Position numbers and translations under genes: made by a program
DNA from: Toensbergia leucococca
Lineage: Eukaryota
Assembly (NCBI GenBank): GCA_022813965.1
Contig: JALDZS010000110.1
Location: 1-64,000, forward strand
Direction of reading: 5' to 3'
Length of the DNA: 64,000 nt
Shown here: piece after piece, positions 36,300 through 49,608 of the stretch
Position numbering within the stretch: position 1 is the first letter of the stretch
Layout: each line of letters starts with the position of its first letter
The notes under the pieces: generated by a model
The model's database searches: none
Told to the model about the DNA's origin: nothing
Seen by the model: the letters and a program-made list of their open reading frames with translations, nothing else

Positions 36300-38054
36300 T
36301 CAAGGACCATAATATGTCAGAGTAAAATTGGTAATCCGAATCGTCGTCTCATCAGTCGCGTTGGTGCATCCAAATGAAGCATAAAATTGCTGCTGCTGGC
36401 CCGTAGGCCCTTGCCCAGAGGCTGAAAAGTAATAATAATAAAGTCCGTAATTGGTCGGTACTACACCTGATGAGGGATTGATGACAGTAGTGTATAAACT
36501 GTTGGTGTTAGCAGTTCCAGCAACGCCTTCGATTTCCGTGAGGATGCTACAGCCAGGATTGGTGCCGTTGGCGTATGCAACGTAGGAGTAGCTTCACGAT
36601 GGAGAGTGTTAGTGGGTGAGTTTGAGTGGCATCATGTGTGTGGTTTATGGGACTGCAAACCTGAGAGAATATGACCCGGAACAGAATGTTGGCAGTATTT
36701 GCGTTAAGAGGACGAGGGACGTGTCGGCTGTAAATTTCATCTTAGATGATTTACAGAACATGGAAAGTGGCTTGGTGACTTACGGTTGACATTAGTATTG
36801 GGGAAAGTAATGCCTCTGGGTGAAGAAACTCAGGTCAGTAAGTACTACAATGTATGAGGTGTATAAGAATGGCACGAACAATACATCGACGGGTGACTGA
36901 GAAGATAATTGTAAGATAAAGGTAAAAGGTGAGGCTGGCTGATTCTGCCCGGGTACTATAGCTATTTCCCATGGAGCAACGGGACCAAAGCCGCCGCTTG
37001 TCGATGATACGAAGTGTGGATTCTGCAATGGCGATGGCACACAAGTTGGGGTAGGAGTCGAGCTTGTGGATGTCGTGGATGAAGTCGAGGTCGTGGACGA
37101 GGTCTTGGACGAGGTCGTGGTCGAGGAAGAGGTCGAGGAGGAGGTCGAGGAGGAGGTCGAGGAGGAGGTTGAGGATGAGGTTGAGGTTGAGGTTGAGGTT
37201 GAGGTTGAGGTTGAGGTCGAGCATGAGGTCGAGGAACTCGAAATTGGGGATGCCGACGGAAGTGCGTAAAGATCAAACACACTACTACCACCACATATCT
37301 CGGTCGAATTCCCATTGCAAGGGTACGTGCATCCAGTCGTAGGATAGCTCTGCGAGCTTAGTGTGTTATCGCAGTAACCTAGTCCTTGTCAACAACAAAA
37401 ATATTCTCTCAACCCAGCAGACTAACATTCGCCATAGTATTCAACCCCAAAATACCGAGTATTTCCGTTTGCCGCACAAAACGCGGCACAAGCGTCAACA
37501 GTGCCAGCACTCGGATTGGCATATAGACTGAGAGCTCGGCCAGACGGTGGTTCATGATAGCAGCCAACCCATTTGTAGGACCCGGCGCTGAGAGGGACCG
37601 TAGTCGGCTGTGAAGCGGCAGAAGGATTCGTCAGGTTGTACAGATTGAGCACATTGCTGCCACCACATATTTCGCTTTGATTTAAATTGCATGGATAAGT
37701 GCAGCCGGCAGCTCCAGGAGAACTGCCAGGTGCTATGTAATTGCTGCAGTAACCTGTGATGAATTAGCTGATGTAGGAATTGGATGCCCCCCACTCCAAC
37801 TCACATTCGCCGTAGTACTCGACACCAAAGTATTGGTATGCTCCCGCGCCATAGCAAAATGTTGCGCAGTTCTCAACGCTTCCAGCGGATTGGTTAGAGG
37901 CAAGAGCTAGAGCCCGGTTGCCAGTCGAGGGTTCATTGTAGCAGCTGACATATGTATATCCTTGGACAGAAATTGGAGATGAGGGTGTTGAGGCAGAAGC
38001 TGCGGATGAGCTCAAGACGGCAGTGAAAGCGAGGAATAGGACATCAAGATACAT
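36300..38054 (-). CDS. Secreted protein with two WSC domains, a Ser/Thr-rich linker and a C-terminal domain
   Basis: Signal peptide; two repeats of Y.Y..CY.EP...RAL...V..CA.FC....YFGVEYYGEC.C; long TSSS/TS run. Confidence 0.82.
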
Positions 38055-39439
38055 GTCGATAGAAAAGAGTTGACGGTAGGCTAAAATAAGATGGAGCTGA
38101 ATGGAGAGATGGGGAACATGCCGAAATCGAATTTTTCGGCGTGGTGGCTCGCATGTCTTGGAAATGCATTGGGGAATCCATTGTTAAATGACTTTTCTAT
38201 CCATCCGCATACAAACCAAACACTCTAGAAGCATAAGAGAAGGAGTGGATTTAGTCAAGCCAACGGCGGATGGATTAGACTAATAAGGTAACGAAGCAAT
38301 AAGCCACGCATGGAGCGGGAGGATCTGACAATTTCGACATTAACAAATAGAATACTCGTGGAAAGATGAACTCTACACGAGACCAATCGAATCATTTAAA
38401 TGTGCAAGGTCGTGCGAGATATTAGGCAACGAGGTGAGATAGCACTCATGGGCTCTCGAAGAAGGACTTTCCAGGATAGAAGTTGTGAGATGGAGGATGG
38501 TCAATCTCTCCTCGATGAGTGATTCAGTAAGATGATGAATTCTTACGTCGCTCGTCGGTATTCTATTCTACTTTGTATTCTATCGAATCTAAAAAGTGGC
38601 GTTAGTGGCCTCGTGGCGTTAGGTACTCACATGGTCAGCGCATCTCATTGGATGAATCAGCCGAAGAAGCACCACGAGGTCAACCAAGGCATGGATACCT
38701 TACCATCCCTTGGAATACTTCTATCATTCATCACAAGTAGGTAAAAGGCAAAAGGCAAAAGAATCCTTGGCTACAGGGCTGCAAAAGCGTAGGCATAAGG
38801 CAATCAAGGAATGAGTCGTCGCGACAAGCCGGCCTCTTCCGGAGCTGTAAGGCTGAGAGAATCATCCGAAAGGGAAGAACTTAGCTGCTTGCATCAACCT
38901 CATCGTCGCCATTTCCACGTCCAGTAATCCTGTCATCAATGTTCGAGTGGCTGCTTTAGAGGACATGAGGACCCAAGTCTTTGGCAAGGCCTTAATCAGA
39001 TTCCAACCTACAACAGGCCTTGATCTCCCTGCAATCACTGACTCAAATATCTAATCCTTCCATTTCAGAGACCAGTTGCGGCAATTGCTCCTTTCAATAA
39101 TTGAAATTCCTGGACTACACAGTCTTATCTACCACAACCCAAAGTGGCACATCTTCCTTTCTTTGATGAACGCAAGAGAAACCATAGGACCTTCTAGATC
39201 GTACACCAATCGAAACATAAGACTCGCAGATGCCCAGTCAATAGCCATTACGCATCATATTCCTCGTTATTGGTACCTTGTACTAATCCACCAGAAGTAT
39301 GCCCGTTGATCTCGTTGATAATAAATTCAAGCCTGATGTTGAACCATGTGAGCTCCAGACGCCACTCTAAGTTCACGCCGCTCAGTGGCTTCCCTGCTAC
39401 AGAATGACGATATCCCTATCTAGGATTGCACAGACTATT

Positions 39440-40443
39440 GGACATGTTGTCAGATACTTTCCTATCGTATGAAAAGATGCCCTTGTATTTGAGACTCGTA
39501 AATCAGGGAACACAGATGCTATATGAACACTATTCATGAAAGGTCCTGCCTCTCCACTTGACACGGACATTGGCGGATGGAATCCGTTACATGTGCGATA
39601 CAATCTCCGCTCATGATCATCTCTCTACAATGCTGACTATGCAGGAAGTTTGCTGCAGAACGTCAACATCCCGAACTAGGCAAATATCTCATCAAGTAAC
39701 ATGCTCCAAGTGACATCTTAGCTCGTGGCATGGAGTAAGTCTTCTCACCGTTTTGGGTCAAGATATTGACCTAAGCGTATCAGCATAGTACTCCACTGAT
39801 GTTGGCCTGTGGATGATTAAAAGTTATCACCAATATTGACTACAAAAATCATCGTTGATGATGATTCAAGGCCGATTGAGTTGCAAGATTTTTGCTTCAA
39901 CAGGGGAAAGCAGACCCTCTGCTCGAGAAGAGATGCGGCTGGACTTCTCTCAATCTCCATTGGAAACAAGCACGTCACCAGGATGCCAGTGCATGTTCCA
40001 TGTGCGTGCTTCAGAACGAAGACCTGCTGGTAGACGTTCATGAACGGGATAGTCGGGACCACACCGCTCTCCTGGCAGCGGCACTTCGGGGGGATGCAAA
40101 GCTCGTACGCTTACTCCGCGACCTAGGTTCAGATGTCAATACAACATACCTCTCTCAGAATCAGCCACCTCCTCTTTTTGATAGGACAGACGGCTAGTCC
40201 GCTTTGCGCTTATTTCAACATTCATTACACCGCAGTGACATCTGTTTCAACATGTTAATTCAACCAGGCGCCAATATTCATGCTGTGAGCGACTTAGGCG
40301 AAACGGCAACGACCGTAGCTCTGTTCGATGTGCGTCGTTTCATTGAATGGCGGAGAAGTCTGCTGGAGAAGCCAGGCTTTGAAGTGAATGAAATCCTAGA
40401 GGAAAAGATTGAGGTTCTTTCACCAGCGCTTGAATGGACCTAG
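39440..40443 (+). pseudogene. Degenerate ankyrin-repeat gene
   Basis: Fragments VRYFPIV*KDALVF...SGNTDAI*TLFMKGPASPLDTDIGGWNPLH, DVHERDSRDHTALLAAALRGDAKLVRLLRDLGSDVN and GANIHAVSDLGET, broken by stops and frameshifts. Confidence 0.65.
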
Positions 40444-42407
40444 GAATCTCTCTCAAAAGTTCTTTGTGGTCAAATCGAGTACTCGAACCCTGCGCTGTAT
40501 AGGCGTGTAGTACTTACAGGGCTAGAAAGGTATTTTGACAAGACTTCATGGCATGATCGATCAAGAAACTTGAATCCCAAGTGGGACATATATGAGAGTT
40601 ATCGGGGGTTATGTTCGGGGTGGAGATCGCGCATGTGCCGTTGTGAGTGTCACAAATATCACTCAGTCTACGAATTTGAACTTTATCGGATCTTACAAAG
40701 GATGAATTTGTAACGGACTTACAGTTCGGTCGTTTGCTTTATGTGAGAATCTAAACACAGGGTCTCGTACTTTGGAAGGGTTGAATGTACAGGGGCATGG
40801 CATGTCCAGGTTAGACAAGAAGTATGATGGTACCTATGCAAGAATGTGATTGGGATCCTACAGATCAGCTTGATAGCCACGGCAGCCGCAGCGGAGGTGG
40901 AGAAGAATGTTCAGGTACGAAGAGACGAAAGCGGAAGGTAAAGCCGTCCGTTACGTTGCTTCGCATATGTCAAAGCACTCGAAAACAGGTGTCAAAGTGA
41001 TGCTACAGGTTTGGAAGTCTGATGATTGTCTTGCTCAAATGAAGAACTTGGGTGTGTGCAGCGATAATGAAAAACCTTTCAGAGGTCGTGAAATTCGAAG
41101 ATTGGTACTGAGAAGAAGTTCGGCCTGGCTGAGAAAAACTTACGAGATAGATGTCGACAAAGCTGGAAAGCTGTGGGACGGAAAAGGTTTGACGGGTCCG
41201 TCGTTCACAAACGAGAGTGGGATTTCTTCACAAATTGGGAATACTCACTGAAGCACTATTTCGGGCAGGAAGCGGCGTTGTGCCTGCTATCAAAAAGACT
41301 CTCAAAGAACAGGGTGGGAAATGGATTCAGAGCACGGCCCACCACATCTCGCCAGCTCGGACCTTTCTCTAGTACTCAGCCTTTGTCACAGTATCACTGC
41401 ATCAAATGCATCGGAATAGGTCTCCTCTCCTTCTTACCGACGCCTGTCTCACAGGCACGTATAAACAAAACATTTCCTCCTCAATTTCATTTCAGGCTTG
41501 AAAGCGTAGGTATATAAAACACTCACATCTATGACTCGCCCCACCTTCCAATTTCGGTTCTCAGCTTCGAGTACCTTGCTTGCTGCGTCCATTTCTTGGA
41601 CGCTATCTAAGTGTTACTTCCTTCACCTCAACTCCGCTCCAAGAGGCGGCTATGAGTGTCCAATCCCATTACACAACACAAGATGCCCAGTATTATTCAT
41701 CAAAGACCGGCAAGATTAGGACTTCCCCTGATTACGAAATAGTCCTTAGCCGAAGGGTTTCAATCAGTCAGCTCAGCACAAAACAACGGACGGACAAGAA
41801 AGCGAGTCGGCAAGAATGGACGAAGAACGCGGACGAACTCATGAGGAATCTAGAACTGGGGCTGAGAAACAAAGTTAATTAAGCTCAAGGCTGGAGCCGC
41901 TGCAAGACCCTGACTCCTAAGTAATCCTGACACCCCGGACCTGAAAAGCGGCCTATAAGCGAGACATCATAAACAACGAATGAGAGAGCGAGAGAAGCGA
42001 TAAGAACAGGGTTTGAGAAAGGTTACTATCGAGCTAGTAACTGTCTTCTCCACATCGAATCCCCTGACTTCCCCAATAAGGTTTGGGTGACACCAAGTGG
42101 TTCGATTTTCAGGACACACTAGATGGGTTCGATGCAACGTTGTATTAAATCTATGTAGGTGCTGGGGCAGGTTCAGGTCTTTGATGACTGACAGTTGTAG
42201 CTTGCAGGGAGAAAGAGACTTTATTGCTTTTGACCATTTGCCGATTGAGTACTCCGTGGGAGCTCAGAGAACTAGGGTCAGTAACATCGGCCCCGTCGTT
42301 CAATGCCCCTACCATCAAAGCCCTCACAAACAACATAAAATCCTCCCACCCCTTCTCTCAATTTCCTCTCTATCCACCAACATCTCCCAAACCAGTCCTG
42401 TCCAACC

Positions 42408-42608
42408 ATGCATTTCCCATCCCTCGTCCTCGCCCTCTCAGCCCTCATTGCCCTCACCACAGCCATTCCCTGTGGTATTCCCTCTCCAGACGCCACATGC
42501 TCGCCCAAGTGCAATACCCACAACGGAATCACCATCTGCAACCCCCAATGCCCGGTTTGTCTTAGTGGCGATTGCGGATGCCCGATTTTTCTCTGTGAAG
42601 TGTGCTAG
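42408..42608 (+). CDS. Small secreted cysteine-rich peptide (66 aa, 10 Cys)
   Basis: Signal peptide MHFPSLVLALSALIALTTA followed by a 47-aa mature region with 10 cysteines; CAACCATG start context. Confidence 0.75.
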   Translation: MHFPSLVLALSALIALTTAIPCGIPSPDATCSPKCNTHNGITICNPQCPVCLSGDCGCPIFLCEVC

Positions 42609-44511
42609 ATTTCTCAGGTGGGTTTTTGTGTTTGCAACCCCCTAGCCTGCTTTTTGATGTTTTTGAGAGAAGGAGAGGCTGGACGGTTGGGGAAGGTAAG
42701 TGAATGGTGGATTTTGGAGGGGCTAGTGGTGGTGCTGGGAGTTGTGGAAAGAGAAGCAGGGATGGAGAGGAAAAGAGACGCGGAGAGGAGAGTGATGGCT
42801 AGATGCTGACTTTTTGGAGGGTTTAGGATGAGGAGATGATGCTGCGGGAAGGAACGAGTGCCTGTAGGGTGTTGAGTGACATGATTGGAAACGGATTGAT
42901 AAGCTCTAAGAGTAGCTTTGAGGAAGGGATGCAAGGTCTTGGTCAAGGGATAGACTCGAACCTCTCAAGCTTGCATCTTCTCATATACTTTTTTTTAATT
43001 CTTCAGATTTGAAGTGTGTTGCATCATGAGTTAGGCATTAGTGAGGCCCCCAAGCGCATTGGGAGCCATCCATCTTGATTTCGCTTCACATTTTCTCCAT
43101 TCAATTTTTCACCTCTTTTGCATACCATCTACTTCTTCTAGAGAAAGATGCATGCTTTTTGTACTGCATCCTTACTCGAATTGCCCCCACCCCTCGGGCT
43201 GCAAGAAACTTGGTGATTTTGCAAGCTATCTACCTAGTACTTACCTCCTTCCAACGTCATGAAGCACTCTATTATCCACCGCCGCAAGAGACGTGGTCCT
43301 CTAGCTTTGTCTTCTGACCACCTCGTATGTACTAGATCCGATGAAGAGGATGAGACCGATAATTTGCAATAAGTCGGCCAGCATCTTTTCGGGGATCGCC
43401 TCCGTCTCGATTAAACGAGCTGGATGCATCGTTCTTATATAGCATGCAAAGGATTAGCGGATCCTGGAAGGGCTTGATTGGATTGCCATTCCACACCGTA
43501 CAGCTGTCATAGATGCCGTGCCTTGAACAGGTTGAGTGGTGGTTATTAATTGGGTGCGATGACATTTGTAGTCATTTCTTTGAATAGTGTTATCACTCGG
43601 CTTGGAGGGGGGCCAAATCCACATTTGGAAGCTGATGTTTTGATGGGCATTGGCTGCTTGATGTCTTGAAGGGGAATTTTACGGAGTACGAGTTGATTTT
43701 CATCACATGCGAGCGGTTCGGATCAACTATATATCTGATGCCAAGAGACGCTAGAATAGAATACTTTAGTAGAGTATTCAATCTGTACCTTACGGATTTG
43801 TTTTTGTTTCCTGGCCGTCTAATTATTCCAGCTAACTTGCGCCATCTAAGGTAGCTACACAAGGAGAGGAGGTGCATAGGTAGATCATCAGGCCACTCAG
43901 ACAGGGACTCAAACCATCATGTTTCTCTATGCAAGCCTGAGGCAGCTCTAATGCTTAATCAGGTTATCAAGGTATGGTGGCACGGTGGGGCTTCGATATA
44001 TTTATCGCTAGGTAAAGTAAGTGCCCCTCGACCTTCTCGACCTTGCCCCACCAACCCACTACCTACCTGATGTTGCGCAAATCGTAATTTATCCTGGCTT
44101 ACCTAGGTAGAGACTGAGACAATGCGGCTCTGCGGCGAGGTGAGGCAACTGAAAGTGCTTACCTAGAATAACCAGCATGCTACCGCCTAATTTCCTCGTC
44201 TACATTTTTGGCGCTTTCGACGACGGCTATGAGCAGCTGCTCGCCCTTGTATCTGTGCTGATACTCTCTTCACTCATGACTAGCTAAGAGAGGAACGCCT
44301 ATGACTACTTTGAATGTCGAAAGTAGTCGATAGTCTTCTCAATCCGATTTGGCTGCCTTTTGATTTTTGCTATTCAAATCGAGAACAGTTTCCTCCTGCA
44401 GCTGGAATCCTTATATCCCTCCTCGCCTTTCCATAGACTGACCTGTATTACTCTCAAAGATTCAAATCGTCAACTGAGGCTCTTTTATTATCAATCCTAT
44501 TTCAACCAAAC

Positions 44512-47500
44512 CATGTCGAATACTCGGCTAGATCCAAGCCCGAGACGGATTCTATCCACAGCACTTTTAGACTATGAGTCTGTACTCAATGATAAGCAGA
44601 AGGATGAATTCAGGATCTCTCGAGCACAGGGTCTGCCCGACTCAAGAGCTGTTTTGATACTTGTTGATGGCATCGACAAAGAAAATAGCAAGAGGCAAAA
44701 ACGGTGCGTAGGACCACGACTTTCCAGTCTCTTGTTTTCCATACAGCAATTTGCCGTGGTCGCCAATGACGAGCTCCCTTCTCGAATTGAAGATCATCCG
44801 TATAAGGATGACATTGGGGGTGTACTATGGGCTTCTGTCGAGTTCGCTCTCAAGGTAATTCTATAGCCCAATTCATGTAGAGCAAAATAATCAATATCAC
44901 AGGTCTCTGTTACTCTGACAATCTATTTCGATAAGTTGTCGAAACTGTTCATGGATTTGGGCCCGTCCTGTCCTCGTTACGAAAGTTATCACCCCTTTTG
45001 TCCGAAATCTTTCAGACTGCGCCAGGCCTTAAGCCAGTATTTCGCAGTAATAGTTGGCTTATGTCGTCAAACCATCGTATTCTCGAATAGATCTACCTTT
45101 TCTCCGTTTTTTGCATACTCGACATTTAAGCTGTTCGAAGTCTCCAAACTTGAGACCTTTAAGGAGAACTTACTAACCCTAGGCACGATTGTCCAGGATG
45201 AGATTGTCCTAGCCAGAACGGCTATATCTATTGTCGAGCGTCAAGTATCAAAGGAAACCCTCATTTCTCGTACCCTTCTGTCGAAGCCGAGACAATACAC
45301 TTTACAGGAATCGGATAATGTAAGGGTGACGGAAGGAGATGTGACGTAAGGAGATGCTATAGCTGGACTTGACCCATCAAGCCGGCGTTGTTCCAATTTG
45401 CCACCAATGCCTTTCGTTGTGCTCCCTGAAGCAGGACCCCCCAGCAATGTTGAGCTCCAAGGCGCAAGCAACCATGAATTTGATATTCCTTCCTTGGGCA
45501 AAGAGATACCCTCTGATACTGAATTTAGGGGAGCAAGGAGGGTCGTTGAAGAAGAGAGCTCGAAGTCAGACTCAATGCCGATAACCAGCGTAACGACGAT
45601 CTGTGGATCTGTGATTCTGGGTCTGTATCAGACGTCACTTTTGAGGATGCTCCAAAATTATCTCTAGAATCGGAAGTAACTCAAGGATCAGAAATTGATC
45701 ATGCGCGGCTGCGTTTTGATTTAGATGTAGAAGACGACGACATCATGCATCCTACGAAGTGGGTCAACGGTTTGAAGGCAATTGAAATACACACTTTGGA
45801 GAGAAGTTACTTCTGGTATACTCAAGGTCTTTCGTGCAGTCAAAGGTATCTCCCTGCGTACATCGATCCGATATACGGATCTTTGGAAGACTCTGTTCCT
45901 GTTACTTCCAGATTGGACTATCATCAAAGTGATCTACCAACGGCATGCCCTGTAGAGTGTTTAAAGAAGGAATGGAATGACCTAATTGGGCCACTACAGT
46001 CTTTCGATCGTCGGCCATCGTTGCACTCTAGTGAAATTGGCACCCCGGCCACCCAGTCATACCAGCAAGAGAAAAGTCCGTGGTCTCTCAAAGGCTGCAT
46101 TAACGCATATAAAGAGAGTGACGCCGGAGACTCAAATAAGTTCAACCAGGTTCTTGTCGAGCGATCTGAACATGGTTCTCCTTTTCAACTCCCGTACGAG
46201 TAGCTAACAGTATGTTATCATATGATCGAGAGTCGCAATATCTTGATATCATTATGCCAGACTGTGGAAGACTTGCAGCGTATTGGCATTTGTACGGATG
46301 GCTTCAGCATATTTGTCCGTAAATCATCCGGCGCTGCTCATCTACAGCGTTTGAGGTTGTCTTCACTCGTTGAACTTGTTGTTCGATTGAACCTCTCTAC
46401 CACCGCTTTTCTTTGGGTCGTGTGCGACCGTTCTCTTGATCTACCCAGATTTTTCGGAGATAGGTCTTTCACGGAGAGTGCGTACACCGAGAGATTCCTA
46501 GATGTCGACTGGCTTGAAAGACTCGAAAGCCATGCTTCCTTGGACGAAATTGTTGGTTTCTGGGTGACCCTCGCGAGGACATTGGACCTTGGTTTGATCT
46601 CATACTGCGGAGCACATCTGGTATCAGCCCCAGAGCATTTCTCGGCACTGCATCTTCATTCTCCGAACCAAGCAATACGTATCGCACAGAGCTCATTTGA
46701 ATAGTCGCAATCTCGTCTGCAATGCATGGATACGTTCTTAGATGGTAAGGAGGTCTGGGTCCTGGGTAATACAGAGTATGAAGACCAAGGCCCGGCCTCC
46801 ATCCTTACTTCTATCGATGATTTAGCTGATATATGGGGTCCGATTTGGAAGTTGAAAAAGGGACACGATAGCTCGGACTTAGGGGGGTCTGAAATGTGCT
46901 ATTATGCCATTGGTGCCGGCGCGATCGGGGCACTACCTATTGTGGAAGCTTCAGATCCAATGACAATCCCAGATGTACTGTCCTGTCATTTCGTACCATC
47001 GTTGTCGAAAATGGAAGACGGGCTGCGTGCAATCAACCCAGACTGTTCAAAAATGCTTTTGATTGGAGCTTTGACACCAAAGACAGAATTCCTGCACGCC
47101 GCATGTCCATACAGCCAGTCGGAAGTTCTAGACAGCCTGAACTTGCGACCACATGGGACATCAAAAACTATCAGGTACAAAGATTCTACAACCTACAATA
47201 TAGTTGCTGGCTACTCAGGAGTTCAGGTCGGAATGGCTAAACAGTATAAACTTCGCCACGGAGTTACGAGGAAACAGAGGTTGCAGACAAAGTGGATGCT
47301 TCAGTCCGGGCGATGCAATTTGAAGAACCTGAATTTATGGCTCGGGCTCGAAGTGAGCTTGTGCACAAGAAATGCGAGGAGAAGAAAGCTGTTCCATATC
47401 CTTGGCTCTCACACCATACTTCAATATATACGACACGGTGGGTTTGAATGGTGTTCGCCCGAGTGCGAAAAAAAGTTCTACGAATCCGTAGCACATGGAG

Positions 47501-48471
47501 ATTTTGAGCAGTTCCTAAACCTGTTCCAAGGCTGTGCAGACTGGCGAAGAGATGTTGAACACGCTGTTTCTTGGCTTCTTGAAGCCCTTCTGGAGACTGG
47601 GATTGAGAGCAAAGGTAATCTAGCAGCATTCACCTTTGTTCAAGATTCGGATGACCCCGAACAACTCGCCATTCTTCCCGAAAAGCACCATAGTTGGTCA
47701 GGCTTCTTGAAGGACACTGTTTATGTTGCAACATTTGCAATTACTTCTGAAAATTGTCTATCGTTTCCCCATAAAGGTCTTCCCGGGCAAAAGTGCAGGA
47801 CATTTGAACTTCTCAAGCCACAGTTCTCGGTCCTCGAAACGGCCGTTATTCCAAAAGAACCCTACGACCCCCAGAGCTCTCGTGGATGGAACAGAAGCAT
47901 TCCTGTGGGGAAACACCTATCTTTAGAGAGTTCCAGATTAGAAATGCTCAGGCTTCTAGCCCATCTCCCAAACGACCATATCATAGTTCGTTGGTCAGCA
48001 ACGGAGTTTGCCCGCGCAGTGGTATTTTCTTTGCCTGGAAGGTCCGAAATTGTCAGATTTCGAGAGCGTATGGAGGACAGCGATTATGTGGAACGGACTG
48101 GAGCAGTAACATATGTTATTTCCAAATATGAGAATAACTTACATTCTCTGCAACCTCCGCAAAATCAAGAATGTAGTCCCCTACTTGATTCTCGCTCCGA
48201 GATTGCGGAGCCAGAAGCGGGATTATGCCTGTACGTTCCCGCCTCTGGTGCTGCTCCTACGATGCTAATGCTTTGTAGTACGGCTAACCACAATGGACTG
48301 TCATCCCACCTCAGAAAGGGAAAAGAGCCAGAGAGAAAGCAAGACCTATATAGCAGCAGTGCAGGGCACTCAGGCCCCAGATACCAAAGGTGCGGTACTC
48401 TTGAAGAGCACATGAAAACGCCTAGTGAATCATGGGCAGAATTCAGACCAGGTAAAAAAAAACAGTCCTGA
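44512..48471 (+). pseudogene. Large gene with a fungal NLR/NACHT-associated N-terminal helical domain fused to an uncharacterised domain; multiple lesions
   Basis: N-terminus AL..YES.L...QK..F...PD...V..L...ID..NS.R..RCVGPRL...L.SIQQF...LW..V.FAL.V/YFDKLS.LFM.LG..CPRY. In-frame stops at 45347 (TAA), 46201 (TAG) and 46702 (TAG), plus a probable frameshift near 45570. Confidence 0.6.
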
Positions 48472-48843
48472 AGCGTAGCGTTTCCATGGCTAATAAGCTG
48501 CTGAATACAGGAGAACTGGTGACAGGGCTCAAATGAAACCTGATCTAGAGGACAAAAAGACTATTCAATGCCTCTCCCATGCTCCTTGGGAAAAGCAAAG
48601 TTTAAAGGTGTTGGTAGACTGTGTATATCATTGAGACCGTAAATACTCTTGCTCTTGGCAAACAGATTGAGGTCAGACGCTCCTGATGTGCGCCAGCCAT
48701 GATAGCAAAAGCTGACGGGTTCGAAGAAGCCAGAGACACTGACTGGAATACAAAGCACCTCCTCACACCAACCCACCAATGAACTCCGTGCATATATATC
48801 AAAGTCAAAGTCCACACCCCAGCACCCCCAGACCAAGGCTCCT

Positions 48844-49608
48844 TCATCCCGCCAACGCAGACGCGAACGAACATATATAAAGCGCCATTCCAACCCACGC
48901 CGTCGCCAGCGCAATCTGCACCTCAATCCCGACCGCACCGTCCGGAAAAGGTTGAACGGCCAAGCGTGAACAATCCGTGCATTGCCTGGCCACATACCTA
49001 GCAACAGGATCATTGCGAAACGGCACTAGCTGCATCTTCGACGCTTTCAACGCCGAGCCATCCGCGTGCGCCAACAGCGTATCCACAGCCACCGTCGTCG
49101 TCCACGGCCTCGGAAGTAAAGCCTCCATCACCGTCGGAATCGAGAAGCTGCCGTCAGGCAAGCGCTCCACGTCTTCCAACTTGACAAACACCTCGGTGCT
49201 GACGCACCATGCTACATCGCTGGGCCGGGACCGACCAAAGACGAGATCTTCGGACATCTGGATGCAGACCTCGTTGGGGGCGCATGTGCGTTCGTAGTTG
49301 AGGTCGTGGCCGTCGAGGGTGCAGGACATGAGGTAGCCGCGGATGTCGCGGTCGGGTTCGCAGAGAGAGTTGTTGAAGTTACCGGCTACGCATTCGTTGT
49401 TGCGGTGGATTCTGCTTTGGGCTCTTTTGGTGTTGCTGTTGAGGGGTGAGTGGTGGTAGTGGAGGACTGTGAGGGTATTGGTAGTGCTTGGGTCGCTGTT
49501 GTTTGCGTTTGGGGGCGTCATGGTGGGTGAAGTGAGGGAGTTGGTGGAGAGGAAGAGTAGAGAGAGGATGAGGCAAGGATTGACTGTAAGTTGAATGGTT
49601 GTGGTCAT
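48844..49608 (-). CDS. Secreted cysteine-containing protein of unknown function
   Basis: Hydrophobic N-terminus, propeptide ending in KR, then C..C..C..CAPNEVC..AWCVS and CTDC; intronless. Confidence 0.6.
   Translation of the reverse strand: MTTTIQLTVNPCLILSLLFLSTNSLTSPTMTPPNANNSDPSTTNTLTVLHYHHSPLNSNTKRAQSRIHRNNECVAGNFNNSLCEPDRDIRGYLMSCTLDGHDLNYERTCAPNEVCIQMSEDLVFGRSRPSDVAWCVSTEVFVKLEDVERLPDGSFSIPTVMEALLPRPWTTTVAVDTLLAHADGSALKASKMQLVPFRNDPVARYVARQCTDCSRLAVQPFPDGAVGIEVQIALATAWVGMALYICSFASALAG

Noticed and set aside
36835..37342. Striking Leu/Asp, Pro/Arg and Glu/Val repeat ORFs
   Set aside because: Alternative-frame and antisense translations of the Ser/Thr linker of the WSC gene.
40907..41882. 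Several 60-115 aa ORFs
   Set aside because: No recognisable motifs or consistent exon structure; possibly relic coding sequence.
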